The notes below the pieces were generated by a model. It saw nothing but the letters and a program-made list of their open reading frames with translations. It was not told the DNA's origin and did not search any database. A program made the position numbers and the translations under genes. This document shows, piece by piece, positions 39,051 through 48,495 of a stretch of 64,000 bases of DNA. Within the stretch, counting starts at the first letter, position 1. Every line of letters begins with the position of its first letter. The stretch covers positions 62,001 to 126,000 of the IMG/VR virus record IMGVR_UViG_3300008262_006132; one strand, written 5' to 3'. This DNA is from an uncultured virus (IMG/VR IMGVR_UViG_3300008262_006132). Lineage: Duplodnaviria > Heunggongvirae > Uroviricota > Caudoviricetes.

Positions 39051-39443
39051 ATGAAATACCTACTAAACTACGAAGATTTAATTGAAGATTTCTCTAAATA
39101 TCTTGAAGAAGAAGATATGAACCTTAAAAATGATTTCAATGAGATAGTTGAAGAACTTGACGAGTACGATGAATTATATGACATATCTGAGAGTAACTCA
39201 GGTGTGACTGCTTCTCTTAGAAAGAAGTCAAAAGCCTCTGGTATTCCTATGGGAATTTTGAGAAAAGTATTTGCTCGTGGAATGCAGGCATGGAATGCGG
39301 GACACAGACCAGGTGTTGCTCAACATCAATGGGCTTTTGGAAGAGTCAATAGTTTTATAACCGGAGCGGGTGGTGCTAGAAAATCAGATTCCGATTTGTG
39401 GTCAAAGGCTAAAGCCGCTAAAGCTAGAAAAAAGAAAAAATAA
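39051..39443 (+). CDS. Conserved-looking phage protein (DUF5824-like)
   Basis: KSKASGIPMGILRKVFARG.AW..GHRPG...QWAFGRVNSF motif, recognised from memory. Confidence 0.6.
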   Translation: MKYLLNYEDLIEDFSKYLEEEDMNLKNDFNEIVEELDEYDELYDISESNSGVTASLRKKSKASGIPMGILRKVFARGMQAWNAGHRPGVAQHQWAFGRVNSFITGAGGARKSDSDLWSKAKAAKARKKKK

Positions 39444-39445
39444 AT

Positions 39446-39712
39446 ATGAAATACTTAAAAAGATTTAATGAAAATTTAGATAATAATTCTGATAAAATCC
39501 ATATACCTGAAGAGTATTCAGGAGTTAGAATGGAAATTGGAGAATTTGCTTCACCTAATGATATTATTGTTGCTTATAATACTACAGTTGAAGAAGGAAC
39601 ACCTCTTGTTAGTTATTCTGATGGTACATTCTATAATGAGGACGATATGGATATTCCAGTTGATGTTGTTCTTGACGAATTGAACTATGCAATTACAGGT
39701 GGTGAAGAATAA
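39446..39712 (+). CDS. Hypothetical protein with MKYLKRFNE tag
   Basis: 88-aa ORF followed by a terminator. Confidence 0.7.
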   Translation: MKYLKRFNENLDNNSDKIHIPEEYSGVRMEIGEFASPNDIIVAYNTTVEEGTPLVSYSDGTFYNEDDMDIPVDVVLDELNYAITGGEE

Positions 39713-39731
39713 TTAAAATTTAAAAATATGT

Positions 39732-39757
39732 AAAAAGACCCCTACGGGTCTTTTTTT
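39732..39757. terminator. Bidirectional intrinsic terminator
   Basis: aaaaagaccc-ctac-gggtcttttt between convergent genes. Confidence 0.8.
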
Positions 39758-40484
39758 ATCCTAAAAGTTCATCTAATCTTTCGCCTCTAGAAGGTGTGAT
39801 TTGAGAAGAAGATGCCAATTCTTGATTTCCGAATTCTATTACTTGTTGATTGAATGATATTATTTTAGATAATCTATAAAGTAATAATTCATCTTCAATT
39901 TTATACCTCTTTTCTAAGCTTTCAAATTGATCAGTATTCCTTCGTAGGTAAAGAATAGAGTCTATGATATAGTCACTTTTATCCCAATCAAGAGAAACTA
40001 TCTGACCAGTCGAATACTTCATATTACAGATTTCGTTTCCTTCTTCATCAAACGCCCAGTAATTTGAAATTATTTCAATTACATCTTTTAGAGTTTGAAC
40101 AAAGTGGATACATGGAAGCACCGGAACATAATTAAAGTTGTATTTATAATTAATGTAATCTATTTTTTTTATTTGATGAATATTTTTTTCTTGTAGTTGT
40201 TTAAGAGTTGAAATCTCTTTGCGAAGATTCATTTCTGACCTTTTACTACAATTTTGATTGCTGTGTTTTACAGTAAATCCCTCTTCTAGGAAATTATTAA
40301 GTAAAATTTCAAATCTGGATTCGTGATTTTTAGCAATAGAAAAAGAGAATCTATAGTTGATTTTCAAGGAACTAGGATTATCAATATTGTATAATTGACC
40401 TGAAACTAAAGAATTAGAATAGGAAGAGTCTTTTATTTTTTCTTCCCAAAAAAGAATCTCACTTTTAGATAGAAACCTGCTCAT
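39756..40484 (-). CDS. Hypothetical protein
   Basis: 242-aa ORF ending SRGERLDELLG. Confidence 0.65.
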   Translation of the reverse strand: MSRFLSKSEILFWEEKIKDSSYSNSLVSGQLYNIDNPSSLKINYRFSFSIAKNHESRFEILLNNFLEEGFTVKHSNQNCSKRSEMNLRKEISTLKQLQEKNIHQIKKIDYINYKYNFNYVPVLPCIHFVQTLKDVIEIISNYWAFDEEGNEICNMKYSTGQIVSLDWDKSDYIIDSILYLRRNTDQFESLEKRYKIEDELLLYRLSKIISFNQQVIEFGNQELASSSQITPSRGERLDELLG

Positions 40485-41577
40485 CGACTTTTATTTTATC
40501 AAAGTAATTAACAAAAGTTTCGTGTGGTACCGCAACCGAAATTCTTGATAACTCTGGATTTACAGTTCTATTCAAAGAGAATTTGGTAAGAGGCACCGAT
40601 GATATCTGATTGACGAGTAAGATGTCAAAGTCAATTTTTATAATTGCAAAGGGACCAGTTGGTGTTGATGGATATTCATCAAATAAAAATCCTCTCTCTT
40701 TTAAGTAACTAATATTCTTTTTAATACTGTCTTGAGTTTTTAATTTATAATTATCTAATGCCAATTTACCATCATCTGTTGTAAGTAGTCTAGTTATTAT
40801 TTGCTGAGGTATTGTTGAAATGGAATTATACTTATATAAAGAACGAATCTTCATTGAGTTATACAATTCTTGATTTTTTGTTGCGATATATCCGACTCTG
40901 AGTCCTGATAAACCCATTGATTTAGAAAAAGATGAAATCACAATTACATTATCGTAAAATAATTCATGAATAGGATCATCAATATCATTGAAAAGAAAGT
41001 AATATGGTAGGTCTAAAATAACTGTAATATTTTTTTCTTTTGAATAGTCTAAGAATTTTTTTAAGTCATAGAAATATGGTGACCATCCAGTTGGATTTGA
41101 CGGAAAACATAACATAACTACTCCTGATGGTCCAAGTATCGGATCCAAAGCTTTGAAGTTGCCAATATTAAAATCATCAAACTCTTGAATATTTTTATTA
41201 TGAATTTTAAGAATTTTATTCCAAGATCCCCAGTGATATTTCGGAACCCAGAAGTTTTCTTCTGAAAGTGAATTAATAACTAAATCAAGTGTTGCCATTC
41301 CACCGGGAACAGTCATTACCCAGTGATCTTTCAAGTGAAATTTATCTTTAATTGCTTCTACTAATTTAGTATCACCATCATTACCACCATATTGCTGAAC
41401 AGATTTTTGATTATAGTCAAAGTCATTCATGAACGAATTTAAATCGATTAAATCTACATCCATTACTCCTCTGTGTAGTTTCAAGTAAGGTTTTCTAGTT
41501 TTCTTTTCTAGATTTTGACATCTTTCACCTATTTCAACAATTGACGAGTAAGTAACTGGGGAATGATTAATTTTCAT
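40465..41577 (-). CDS. PLP-dependent aminotransferase class I/II
   Basis: PSNPTG, LDLPY, SFSKSMGLSGLRVG (PLP lysine). Confidence 0.85.
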   Translation of the reverse strand: MKINHSPVTYSSIVEIGERCQNLEKKTRKPYLKLHRGVMDVDLIDLNSFMNDFDYNQKSVQQYGGNDGDTKLVEAIKDKFHLKDHWVMTVPGGMATLDLVINSLSEENFWVPKYHWGSWNKILKIHNKNIQEFDDFNIGNFKALDPILGPSGVVMLCFPSNPTGWSPYFYDLKKFLDYSKEKNITVILDLPYYFLFNDIDDPIHELFYDNVIVISSFSKSMGLSGLRVGYIATKNQELYNSMKIRSLYKYNSISTIPQQIITRLLTTDDGKLALDNYKLKTQDSIKKNISYLKERGFLFDEYPSTPTGPFAIIKIDFDILLVNQISSVPLTKFSLNRTVNPELSRISVAVPHETFVNYFDKIKVDEQVSI

Positions 41578-41891
41578 AATACTTCATTTAAAATTTTTCT
41601 GAATTCGTTTTCAATTTCACGAATTTTTCTTCTAGTAGACTTTATATCAAATTGCATTCGATAGAAGTTTACCTTATCTTCATCATCTTCATTGAGCAGA
41701 GATACTTTAAATTCAACATTTTTTTCTAACGACGTGATTTTATCTTTTAGAATCTCTTTAGTTAATTTAATGGGTCCTAATTCAGAATTTACTATAAATT
41801 CTCCTGATTCATCGAACTCTACTTCACTATCTCTAGTAAGTACAGTTTTATCTAAAATAGTTAGATCTTGTGTAAGTTTATATTTAGCCAT
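41574..41891 (-). CDS. Hypothetical protein
   Basis: 105-aa ORF overlapping the aminotransferase start. Confidence 0.65.
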   Translation of the reverse strand: MAKYKLTQDLTILDKTVLTRDSEVEFDESGEFIVNSELGPIKLTKEILKDKITSLEKNVEFKVSLLNEDDEDKVNFYRMQFDIKSTRRKIREIENEFRKILNEVL

Positions 41892-41937
41892 AGGATTTAA
41901 TATATAGAATGTAGTTGAAAATAACTTTAAAGTTTAA

Positions 41938-43227
41938 ATGATAAAAAAGTATAACGATTTTATTCTTGAATCTAAAATTCCAAGTCTTATACTTGAAGGT
42001 GAATTTTCTGGTTCAATTAATTTCATTGAAAGATTAAGAAAAATATCCAAGACTAGTAAAGTAGCTGGTGAACTTCATAGACTTTTTGGATTTGAATTAG
42101 AGGTGGATAAAGATCTATCACAAAACTATATTGATGTGACTGATAAGGATGACACTGTTACTTTCATTTCCGACCAGAGAGTTTCGAGACTTCCACTAGA
42201 TAGTTCACCATATATGTCATCTAGTAGAAGTGAAATAAAAGTCGGAAGATTTGCAAGAGCTATTCTCACTGACCCTGAAATAAAAAAACAAATAGGGTTC
42301 ACTGCGACATTTACAGATAAGGATTTTGAAGATTTTGTAAACTTATATAAGGCTGGTAATACTCAAGTTAAAAACGAGTTTAAGCTAGTCAATAGTTCTA
42401 AAATTTCAAGATATTATTACGAAGATACTTACGCTTATCAAAAAGGCGATCTCGGTAACTCTTGTATGAAATATGAGAGTTGCCAAGACTATTTCGGAAT
42501 ATATGAAGAAAATAGTGATGTTTGTAGTCTTTTAGTTTATCTTGATTCTGCTGGTTATGTACTTGGAAGAGCACTTGTTTGGAGTGTTTCAAAATCCCCT
42601 TGTAGTGCTAAAAAATTTATGGACAGAATTTATACAGCAAGTGATAGTGATAGATATAAGTTTATAGAGTGGGCAAATGAAAATGATTGTATGTACAAGT
42701 ACAAAAATAGTTCTGACGAGACAGAAGGACTTTTTTTTAAATATAAAGGTGAAATTTTTCTTGGTGAGGTAGTTGTAAATTTGAAAAAAGTTAATTTTGA
42801 TGAATATCCATACGTAGATACTTTAAGATATCTAAACAAAAAAGACAAGACTCTTAGTAATGTCGGTTCAAAAAAAGTTAAAATTCTCAATGATACTGGA
42901 GGAGGATGGGATCATTGTTGGCATTGTGATGAATCTGGAGTTGATGAAGGAGAATGTCAGGTATGTGATGGTGGTGGAACAGTCAATTGTAAAAAATGCG
43001 GAGGTACTGGAACTCATGAGGATAAAAAGTGTAAAAAATGTGATGGTGAGGGATGGAGAGATTGTAAAGAATGTGACGGTAGTGGTAGTGTAAAGATACC
43101 TTGTCCTGAATGCGCTGGATCGTACAGATCATCTCTTGAATCTGGTAGTTTTCCTTCAGAGTTAAAAGATTTAGTTAAATCAGAACTAGAGAGAATGAAA
43201 CTCGAAAACTCTTATCGACCTAAATAG
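41938..43227 (+). CDS. Hypothetical protein with C-terminal DnaJ-type CxxCxGxG zinc-finger repeats
   Basis: CQVCDGGG, CKKCGGTG, CKKCDGEG, CKECDGSG; N-part paralogous to 27997..29877. Confidence 0.75.
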   Translation: MIKKYNDFILESKIPSLILEGEFSGSINFIERLRKISKTSKVAGELHRLFGFELEVDKDLSQNYIDVTDKDDTVTFISDQRVSRLPLDSSPYMSSSRSEIKVGRFARAILTDPEIKKQIGFTATFTDKDFEDFVNLYKAGNTQVKNEFKLVNSSKISRYYYEDTYAYQKGDLGNSCMKYESCQDYFGIYEENSDVCSLLVYLDSAGYVLGRALVWSVSKSPCSAKKFMDRIYTASDSDRYKFIEWANENDCMYKYKNSSDETEGLFFKYKGEIFLGEVVVNLKKVNFDEYPYVDTLRYLNKKDKTLSNVGSKKVKILNDTGGGWDHCWHCDESGVDEGECQVCDGGGTVNCKKCGGTGTHEDKKCKKCDGEGWRDCKECDGSGSVKIPCPECAGSYRSSLESGSFPSELKDLVKSELERMKLENSYRPK

Positions 43228-43703
43228 TTGAAAAGTTCGATTATATTCTTAATTGTAAACTGTAGACTTTCTAGATTCTTATTTGTTTGTCTTAAAAACT
43301 CAATATAATTTTCAATTAATTCAACATTCCTTTGTTCTTCAGAGACGTGAGCTTCTATTAGAAGAGTTTTCTCTCCCATATTTGTTTTGATTCCAAAAGA
43401 AGTAGCATACCACACAAACTTATCTTGTTTGATTCTTTTAAGTTTTACATCTTGCTTGCTTCTTTTATCCAGGAATACAGATATTTGTTCATTTAAAGAT
43501 TGTCTGTAAGTAAGACAAAGTGACTGTGTATCAAGAATTTGTTGCGAAGTTTTTGCAGTTATTTCAAACTTTAACACTTCGAATAGTGGTGTAATTAACT
43601 TGGACCACTCTTCTCTTTTAGTATTAAAAAAGTCTTCAAGGCGATCATTAGTATCTTTGAGTCTAGAAATTTTATCTAATTCTTCTTGAGAATAAATGTT
43701 CAA
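43212..43703 (-). CDS. UvsY-like recombination mediator (tentative)
   Basis: Helical 163 aa ending IEFLRQTNKNLESLQFTIKNIIE, like the UvsY C-terminus; UvsX and UvsW are present. Confidence 0.5.
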   Translation of the reverse strand: MNIYSQEELDKISRLKDTNDRLEDFFNTKREEWSKLITPLFEVLKFEITAKTSQQILDTQSLCLTYRQSLNEQISVFLDKRSKQDVKLKRIKQDKFVWYATSFGIKTNMGEKTLLIEAHVSEEQRNVELIENYIEFLRQTNKNLESLQFTIKNIIELFNYLGR

Positions 43704-43780
43704 CTGTTAAAAAATTATTTTTTATTTATAGTAGGAAAAAGACAAGGAGTTAGATATATAAGTTAAAATTTAATAATTTT

Positions 43781-44200
43781 ATGGTTACATCGAGTCAATG
43801 TCAGAAAAAATATGGAACACCTTCTAAAGATAATAGTTGTATGACACTTTGGGATGTTCCTTCAGCTTTAGAGATTGGAGTTATCCCAAAAAAAATCTAT
43901 ATGAATAAAGATATGGTTGATCCCCTTAAAAAGGCTTTCGGTAATCTTATTAGTCGTGGATTTGTTGAAGAATTGAAAACTTGGGATGGTTGTTTTAACA
44001 TAAGAAAGAAAAGAGGTGGTACGACCATGAGCCTACATTCCTGGGCCATTGCAGTAGATGTTAACGCTTTTGAGAATGGTTTTGGAAAAGAACCAAAATT
44101 GAGTTCGGGATTTGTAAAATGTTTTACCGATGCCGGTTTTGATTGGGGAGGTACTTGGAAAAAGAAAGATGGTATGCACTTTCAATTATCAAAAATCTAA
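43781..44200 (+). CDS. M15-family metallopeptidase, probable endolysin
   Basis: SLHSWAIAVD, FDWGGTW, DGMHFQ. Confidence 0.85.
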   Translation: MVTSSQCQKKYGTPSKDNSCMTLWDVPSALEIGVIPKKIYMNKDMVDPLKKAFGNLISRGFVEELKTWDGCFNIRKKRGGTTMSLHSWAIAVDVNAFENGFGKEPKLSSGFVKCFTDAGFDWGGTWKKKDGMHFQLSKI

Positions 44201-44201
44201 A

Positions 44202-45353
44202 TTACTTGAGAACATTGACAACTTCAGTGAAGTATTTACACACATCTTCATTTTTTCCATCATAGTCGAATACACTCAAAACGTATCTCATAGCATTCAA
44301 TCTGCCTATCTTCTTATCATTTGAGTTTATTATTACCCAAGGAACTCTTGAAGTAGATGTCTTGTTAAACATCTGATTTTTATATTTAGTGATGATGTCC
44401 CACTTATCAATTACCTTAGCGTCATTTGGAGAAAATTTCCAATATTTTAAAGGCGAAGTTTGTCTAAGTTGAAATCTTAGTTCTTGTTTTTCTCTTGTGA
44501 TTGAAAACCATAACTTTATTACTGTTACTCCACTTTTATAAAGCTTATCTTCCCAAGAATTAACACCTTCCATAAAATCCATATATTGCTCTTCTGTGCA
44601 ATAACCCATAGCTGGTTCAACAACCGCTCTATTGTACCAAGATCTATCGAAAAAAACTATCTCACCAGGTTTTGGCAAATATTTTTCATATCTTCCAAAC
44701 CAGTTTTGTCTTTCTTCGTCTGTTGGTACACCAAGAGCCACAACTCTGTAGTATTTTGGATTTAAATATTCAGTGAATCTTTTAATTGTAGAACCTTTTC
44801 CTGCTGAATCTCTGCCTTCAAACACTATAGCAACTCTCTCTCCACTTTTAACAATCCACTCTTGTAGTTTTAACAATTCAACTTGAATATCATACTTTTC
44901 TTCTTCATATTTTCTTTTTGTTAATATTGAAGATTCTCCTTCTATTTTATCAAATTTATCTTCTTCACTCTCAACTGGCTGACCTTCTTCGAATCTATTA
45001 TCTAGACTGTAGTAGTAATCTCTAAACTCTTCTTTTACTTTCCTTTTAGTGTTTCTCTTTTTAAGATCTAAAATTTGTGATATTTTTCTTAAAAATGAAT
45101 CTATGTTAAATTGATCAACAACATCTTTTCCTAATTCGGAATTTAATTGTGACAATATTTGAGAAATGTTTATATTATCAAATTTTTTATACTCAATTTT
45201 ATTTGTCTTTATATTATATTCTATATTATCAAGAATAGAAGATCTATACTCATCAAGATTTTTCTTAACTTTATCAATTAGATTTGAAAACTCTTCTTTA
45301 GATAATTTACCTATATTAAGTTCTTCGTTTATAAAATTTATGAATTTCAACAT
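44202..45353 (-). CDS. ppk2: Polyphosphate kinase 2 with N-terminal extension
   Basis: FEGRDSAGKG, FDRSWYNR, PLKYWKFSPND. Confidence 0.92.
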   Translation of the reverse strand: MLKFINFINEELNIGKLSKEEFSNLIDKVKKNLDEYRSSILDNIEYNIKTNKIEYKKFDNINISQILSQLNSELGKDVVDQFNIDSFLRKISQILDLKKRNTKRKVKEEFRDYYYSLDNRFEEGQPVESEEDKFDKIEGESSILTKRKYEEEKYDIQVELLKLQEWIVKSGERVAIVFEGRDSAGKGSTIKRFTEYLNPKYYRVVALGVPTDEERQNWFGRYEKYLPKPGEIVFFDRSWYNRAVVEPAMGYCTEEQYMDFMEGVNSWEDKLYKSGVTVIKLWFSITREKQELRFQLRQTSPLKYWKFSPNDAKVIDKWDIITKYKNQMFNKTSTSRVPWVIINSNDKKIGRLNAMRYVLSVFDYDGKNEDVCKYFTEVVNVLK

Positions 45354-45382
45354 ATGCTATTTTATTTTAGACACTTTATATA

Positions 45383-46165
45383 TTAAATCTTCTTATCAAA
45401 AATATACAAGTCATAAATAGCATTTCCTTTTACGGTTTTAATGCTTTTTAAAACTTGACCTGTTGTAGAGTCAAGGACTTTAAATACAACATTCTTCAAA
45501 TTGTTTACATAAGCATTATCAAGAGGGCTATTTAAATCCAATTTTGATGATGTGTCTTTTACTCTTATTGTAACAAACTTTCTCTCATCTTGACTAAGTG
45601 TAACTTCTTCTCTATTTTGAATGACGTTTTGTTTAACTAAATTTTGTTGGTTTCTTCTAATCGCATTAAAATCTGCTTTAACAATTATCCCGCCTCTCAT
45701 TCCTTTATCATTCATATTATACCCATTAGGTGGAAGTCTATAGAATGAACCAGTAAACGTCATAGATAAGATTCTATCACTTCTAAAAAGTCTCCAAATT
45801 TTATTTATATGTCTGTTTTTAGATACAGACCACCCATTAAGGTGCCACCCTCTTAAAAGTGGTTTACCTTTAGAAGAACGTCCGAGTACCATTGGATAAA
45901 TAACACGTTCATGTCCTGCAAAATGCTTATCTTTCTCACCTTTGTAGTTTATCAAAAATATCATTCCATATTGAATGGCTTTAATCATTAACTTTTCATC
46001 GTACTTTATTGGTTCATTAATTGGTACGTTTTGAAAGTCTTTAATATTTTTGAGTGAGAAACGAGGAATAAATTCCCTATCTTCTTTTAAATCATTATAG
46101 GATTCTTTTACAATAAATTCTACATTTTTAGTATTAAAGTAAGATTTTGATTGTGAAATATTCAT
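45383..46165 (-). CDS. WYL-like domain protein
   Basis: INYKG...ERVIYPMVLG...LRGWH...WRLFRSDRILS. Confidence 0.55.
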   Translation of the reverse strand: MNISQSKSYFNTKNVEFIVKESYNDLKEDREFIPRFSLKNIKDFQNVPINEPIKYDEKLMIKAIQYGMIFLINYKGEKDKHFAGHERVIYPMVLGRSSKGKPLLRGWHLNGWSVSKNRHINKIWRLFRSDRILSMTFTGSFYRLPPNGYNMNDKGMRGGIIVKADFNAIRRNQQNLVKQNVIQNREEVTLSQDERKFVTIRVKDTSSKLDLNSPLDNAYVNNLKNVVFKVLDSTTGQVLKSIKTVKGNAIYDLYIFDKKI

Positions 46166-46184
46166 AGTCTATATATAAAAAAAC

Positions 46185-46210
46185 AAAACCCAACCTAAAG
46201 TTGGGTTTTG
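46185..46210. terminator. Intrinsic terminator
   Basis: aaaacccaac-ctaaa-gttgggtttt. Confidence 0.75.
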
Positions 46211-46228
46211 TTTCAATATGTTTTATTT

Positions 46229-48148
46229 TTATTCTTTTACAAACTTAATTGTTTTAAATGATTCTCTATCAAAAACAGAAAGGATGTAGTATCCTTTTTC
46301 ACAATTTTGTAAGTTCATTTCTACAAAATTTTTCCCAACTTTCGCTTGGAAATTAGTTTTCTGAACAATCCTGCCAGTAGCATCAGTAATAGTAATGTCA
46401 TAATATGATTCATTTTTTGATTCGAAGTTTACATTAAGAAGTTCTTTTGCTGGGTTTGGGAACACAGAAATTGATTCTAATTTTTCTCTATCGATTGATA
46501 CTATTTCAGAAGTACTTTCCGACTCTCTGAATGTTGCTGAACTTGTCGATGCTAATAAATTATAGCAAAGTGTGGAGTTAAAAGCTCCTGCATACCCAAA
46601 AACGTATACCTTGTAAGTTCCTACTGGGCCATTATTATAAATGATTAGTTCTGAAGTTGTGCCACTGTTTAAGGAAGATCCGACTTGAACATTTGAAGGG
46701 TTGTAAAGTCTTACATCATAATCAGCTGGTAAATTACTAAGATTTATTTTTACATTTCTATTTGTTGTCGTTGTGGTGAATTTGAAATAGTCTTTATCAG
46801 TGCTGGTTGAAATTCTTGCAGTAATTGTTGTATTTACTGGTATAGTTTTAGCAGTGTTTAGACTATTATTCGACTCATAAGTATCTGTACAACTAGTTGA
46901 CTGAGAAAGAGTTGTAAAACTCGATTGAGTTGAGTAATTACTTGTTGTAGTTCCACAAACTGACTGAACTTGGAAATTATAAGTTGTGTTAGTGGTGAGA
47001 CCTGTCAGTGAAACTGAAGTTGAAGTCGTGTTCACAGTAGTCCAAGTACTAGATGTGGAAAGCTTCCACTGTAGATTATAAGAACTTACTCCCGCAATAG
47101 ATGACCAAGATATAGTCGCAGTATTAGTTGTTACGATTGATGAAGAAACTCCCGAAGGAACTGAACAGGTTGTTGTATTCGGAGCAGAACATCCAAGAGA
47201 TGTCAAAAGAGAAGATCTTGCGCCTCCAGATGTAAAAAGAGCTTGACTTCTTACCGCCTGACCATTTGAGAACATATACATACATGCGTCATCTGTATAA
47301 TCCATAAAATTCATTGTCATTTCAACAGGAGATCCAGTACAAGTTGAAAGATGTGGATATGTTGGACACCCATAATTTGCAGTATTATGAGTTGGTGTAT
47401 CAGACACTAAGTCACTTCCACAGTTAGCATCTCCCCATATGTGTCTGAGATTTAACCAGTGACCCACTTCGTGTGTTGCTGTTCTTCCAAGTCCAAATGC
47501 TCCTCCAGAAGGATTTGAAACACTACCAACACAAGATGAAGTAAGTACAACTCCATCAGTTGCAACAGTTCCACCTGGAAATTGAGCGTATCCTAAAACA
47601 CCACCACTAAGATTACAAACCCAAATGTTTAAATAACTTGAACTAGGCCAAGCATCAAGACCTCCTTGAGCAAAATACTTAACAGTATTATTAGTTGAAA
47701 AGGATGTTGCTGTTGTTTGTCTTCTTTGAATTCCTGTTGTTGGATTTCCATTCGGATCTCTTGTCGCGAGACAAAATTGTATATCCATGTTTCCTGTTGG
47801 TTGAAAGACAGAAGGAGTACTAGAATTATCACTGTTTAATTTAGAAAAATCTAAATTTAATTGACTTAACTGTGAGTTTATTTTAGAGTCACTTATATTT
47901 TGTGAAGTAGTATTGTAAACTATGTGAAAAACTACTGGTATTGTTACAATTGCTCTTGATGAGCCATCATAGTTTCTAATAAAATCATTTGTAAATTGTT
48001 CAATCTGTTCTTGATTGATTTGATAGTTTGGATCAATCAATAATTGACTCTGATGATATTCATCTTGACCACAAATCCGTTGTGAATATGATTCACTAAA
48101 TAAAAATAGTGAAACACCTAATAATAGAAAATTAATAAACTTTTTCAT
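46229..48148 (-). CDS. Secreted M43 (pappalysin/ulilysin-like) zinc metalloprotease with FN3, PPC-like and T9SS C-terminal domains
   Basis: Signal peptide from ATG 48148; RICG Cys-switch; HEVGHWLNLRH; MNFMDY Met-turn; VFPNPAK...KGYYILSV...KFVKE. Confidence 0.88.
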   Translation of the reverse strand: MKKFINFLLLGVSLFLFSESYSQRICGQDEYHQSQLLIDPNYQINQEQIEQFTNDFIRNYDGSSRAIVTIPVVFHIVYNTTSQNISDSKINSQLSQLNLDFSKLNSDNSSTPSVFQPTGNMDIQFCLATRDPNGNPTTGIQRRQTTATSFSTNNTVKYFAQGGLDAWPSSSYLNIWVCNLSGGVLGYAQFPGGTVATDGVVLTSSCVGSVSNPSGGAFGLGRTATHEVGHWLNLRHIWGDANCGSDLVSDTPTHNTANYGCPTYPHLSTCTGSPVEMTMNFMDYTDDACMYMFSNGQAVRSQALFTSGGARSSLLTSLGCSAPNTTTCSVPSGVSSSIVTTNTATISWSSIAGVSSYNLQWKLSTSSTWTTVNTTSTSVSLTGLTTNTTYNFQVQSVCGTTTSNYSTQSSFTTLSQSTSCTDTYESNNSLNTAKTIPVNTTITARISTSTDKDYFKFTTTTTNRNVKINLSNLPADYDVRLYNPSNVQVGSSLNSGTTSELIIYNNGPVGTYKVYVFGYAGAFNSTLCYNLLASTSSATFRESESTSEIVSIDREKLESISVFPNPAKELLNVNFESKNESYYDITITDATGRIVQKTNFQAKVGKNFVEMNLQNCEKGYYILSVFDRESFKTIKFVKE

Positions 48149-48195
48149 CGAATTTTTTATTTTTATATATCTTTTTTTGACTCTTTTAAAAAACA

Positions 48196-48225
48196 AAAAA
48201 GACCCAAATAAATTTGGGTCTTTTT
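48196..48225. terminator. Intrinsic terminator
   Basis: aaaaagacccaaat-aa-atttgggtcttttt downstream of the lipoprotein gene. Confidence 0.75.
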
Positions 48226-48248
48226 CTTCTTCAATTTTTATTTGTGAA

Positions 48249-48416
48249 TTAGTACTGCAAACTATCTACTGATACTGTATCTACTTGAGACTCAGTACAC
48301 AAAGAGTCAGTTGATACTGAAGTAGAGTCTTGTGAAGTAGTACTAGATTCTGAAGTTCCGCCACCACATGAAACTAAGAAAATTGAAGTAAAAGCGATTA
48401 AAAAATATTTATTCAT
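48249..48416 (-). CDS. Small lipoprotein (55 aa), absent from the ORF track
   Basis: MNKYFLIAFTSIFLVSC-GGGTSESSTTSQDSTSVSTDSL...; lipobox LVSC; own promoter motif and terminator. Confidence 0.75.
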   Translation of the reverse strand: MNKYFLIAFTSIFLVSCGGGTSESSTTSQDSTSVSTDSLCTESQVDTVSVDSLQY

Positions 48417-48495
48417 TTGTTTGATTTTAATTACTTATAGTATAGTTTTATAAAGACAGAAAGTTTTATGAGTTACAAAAAATTATATATAGACT

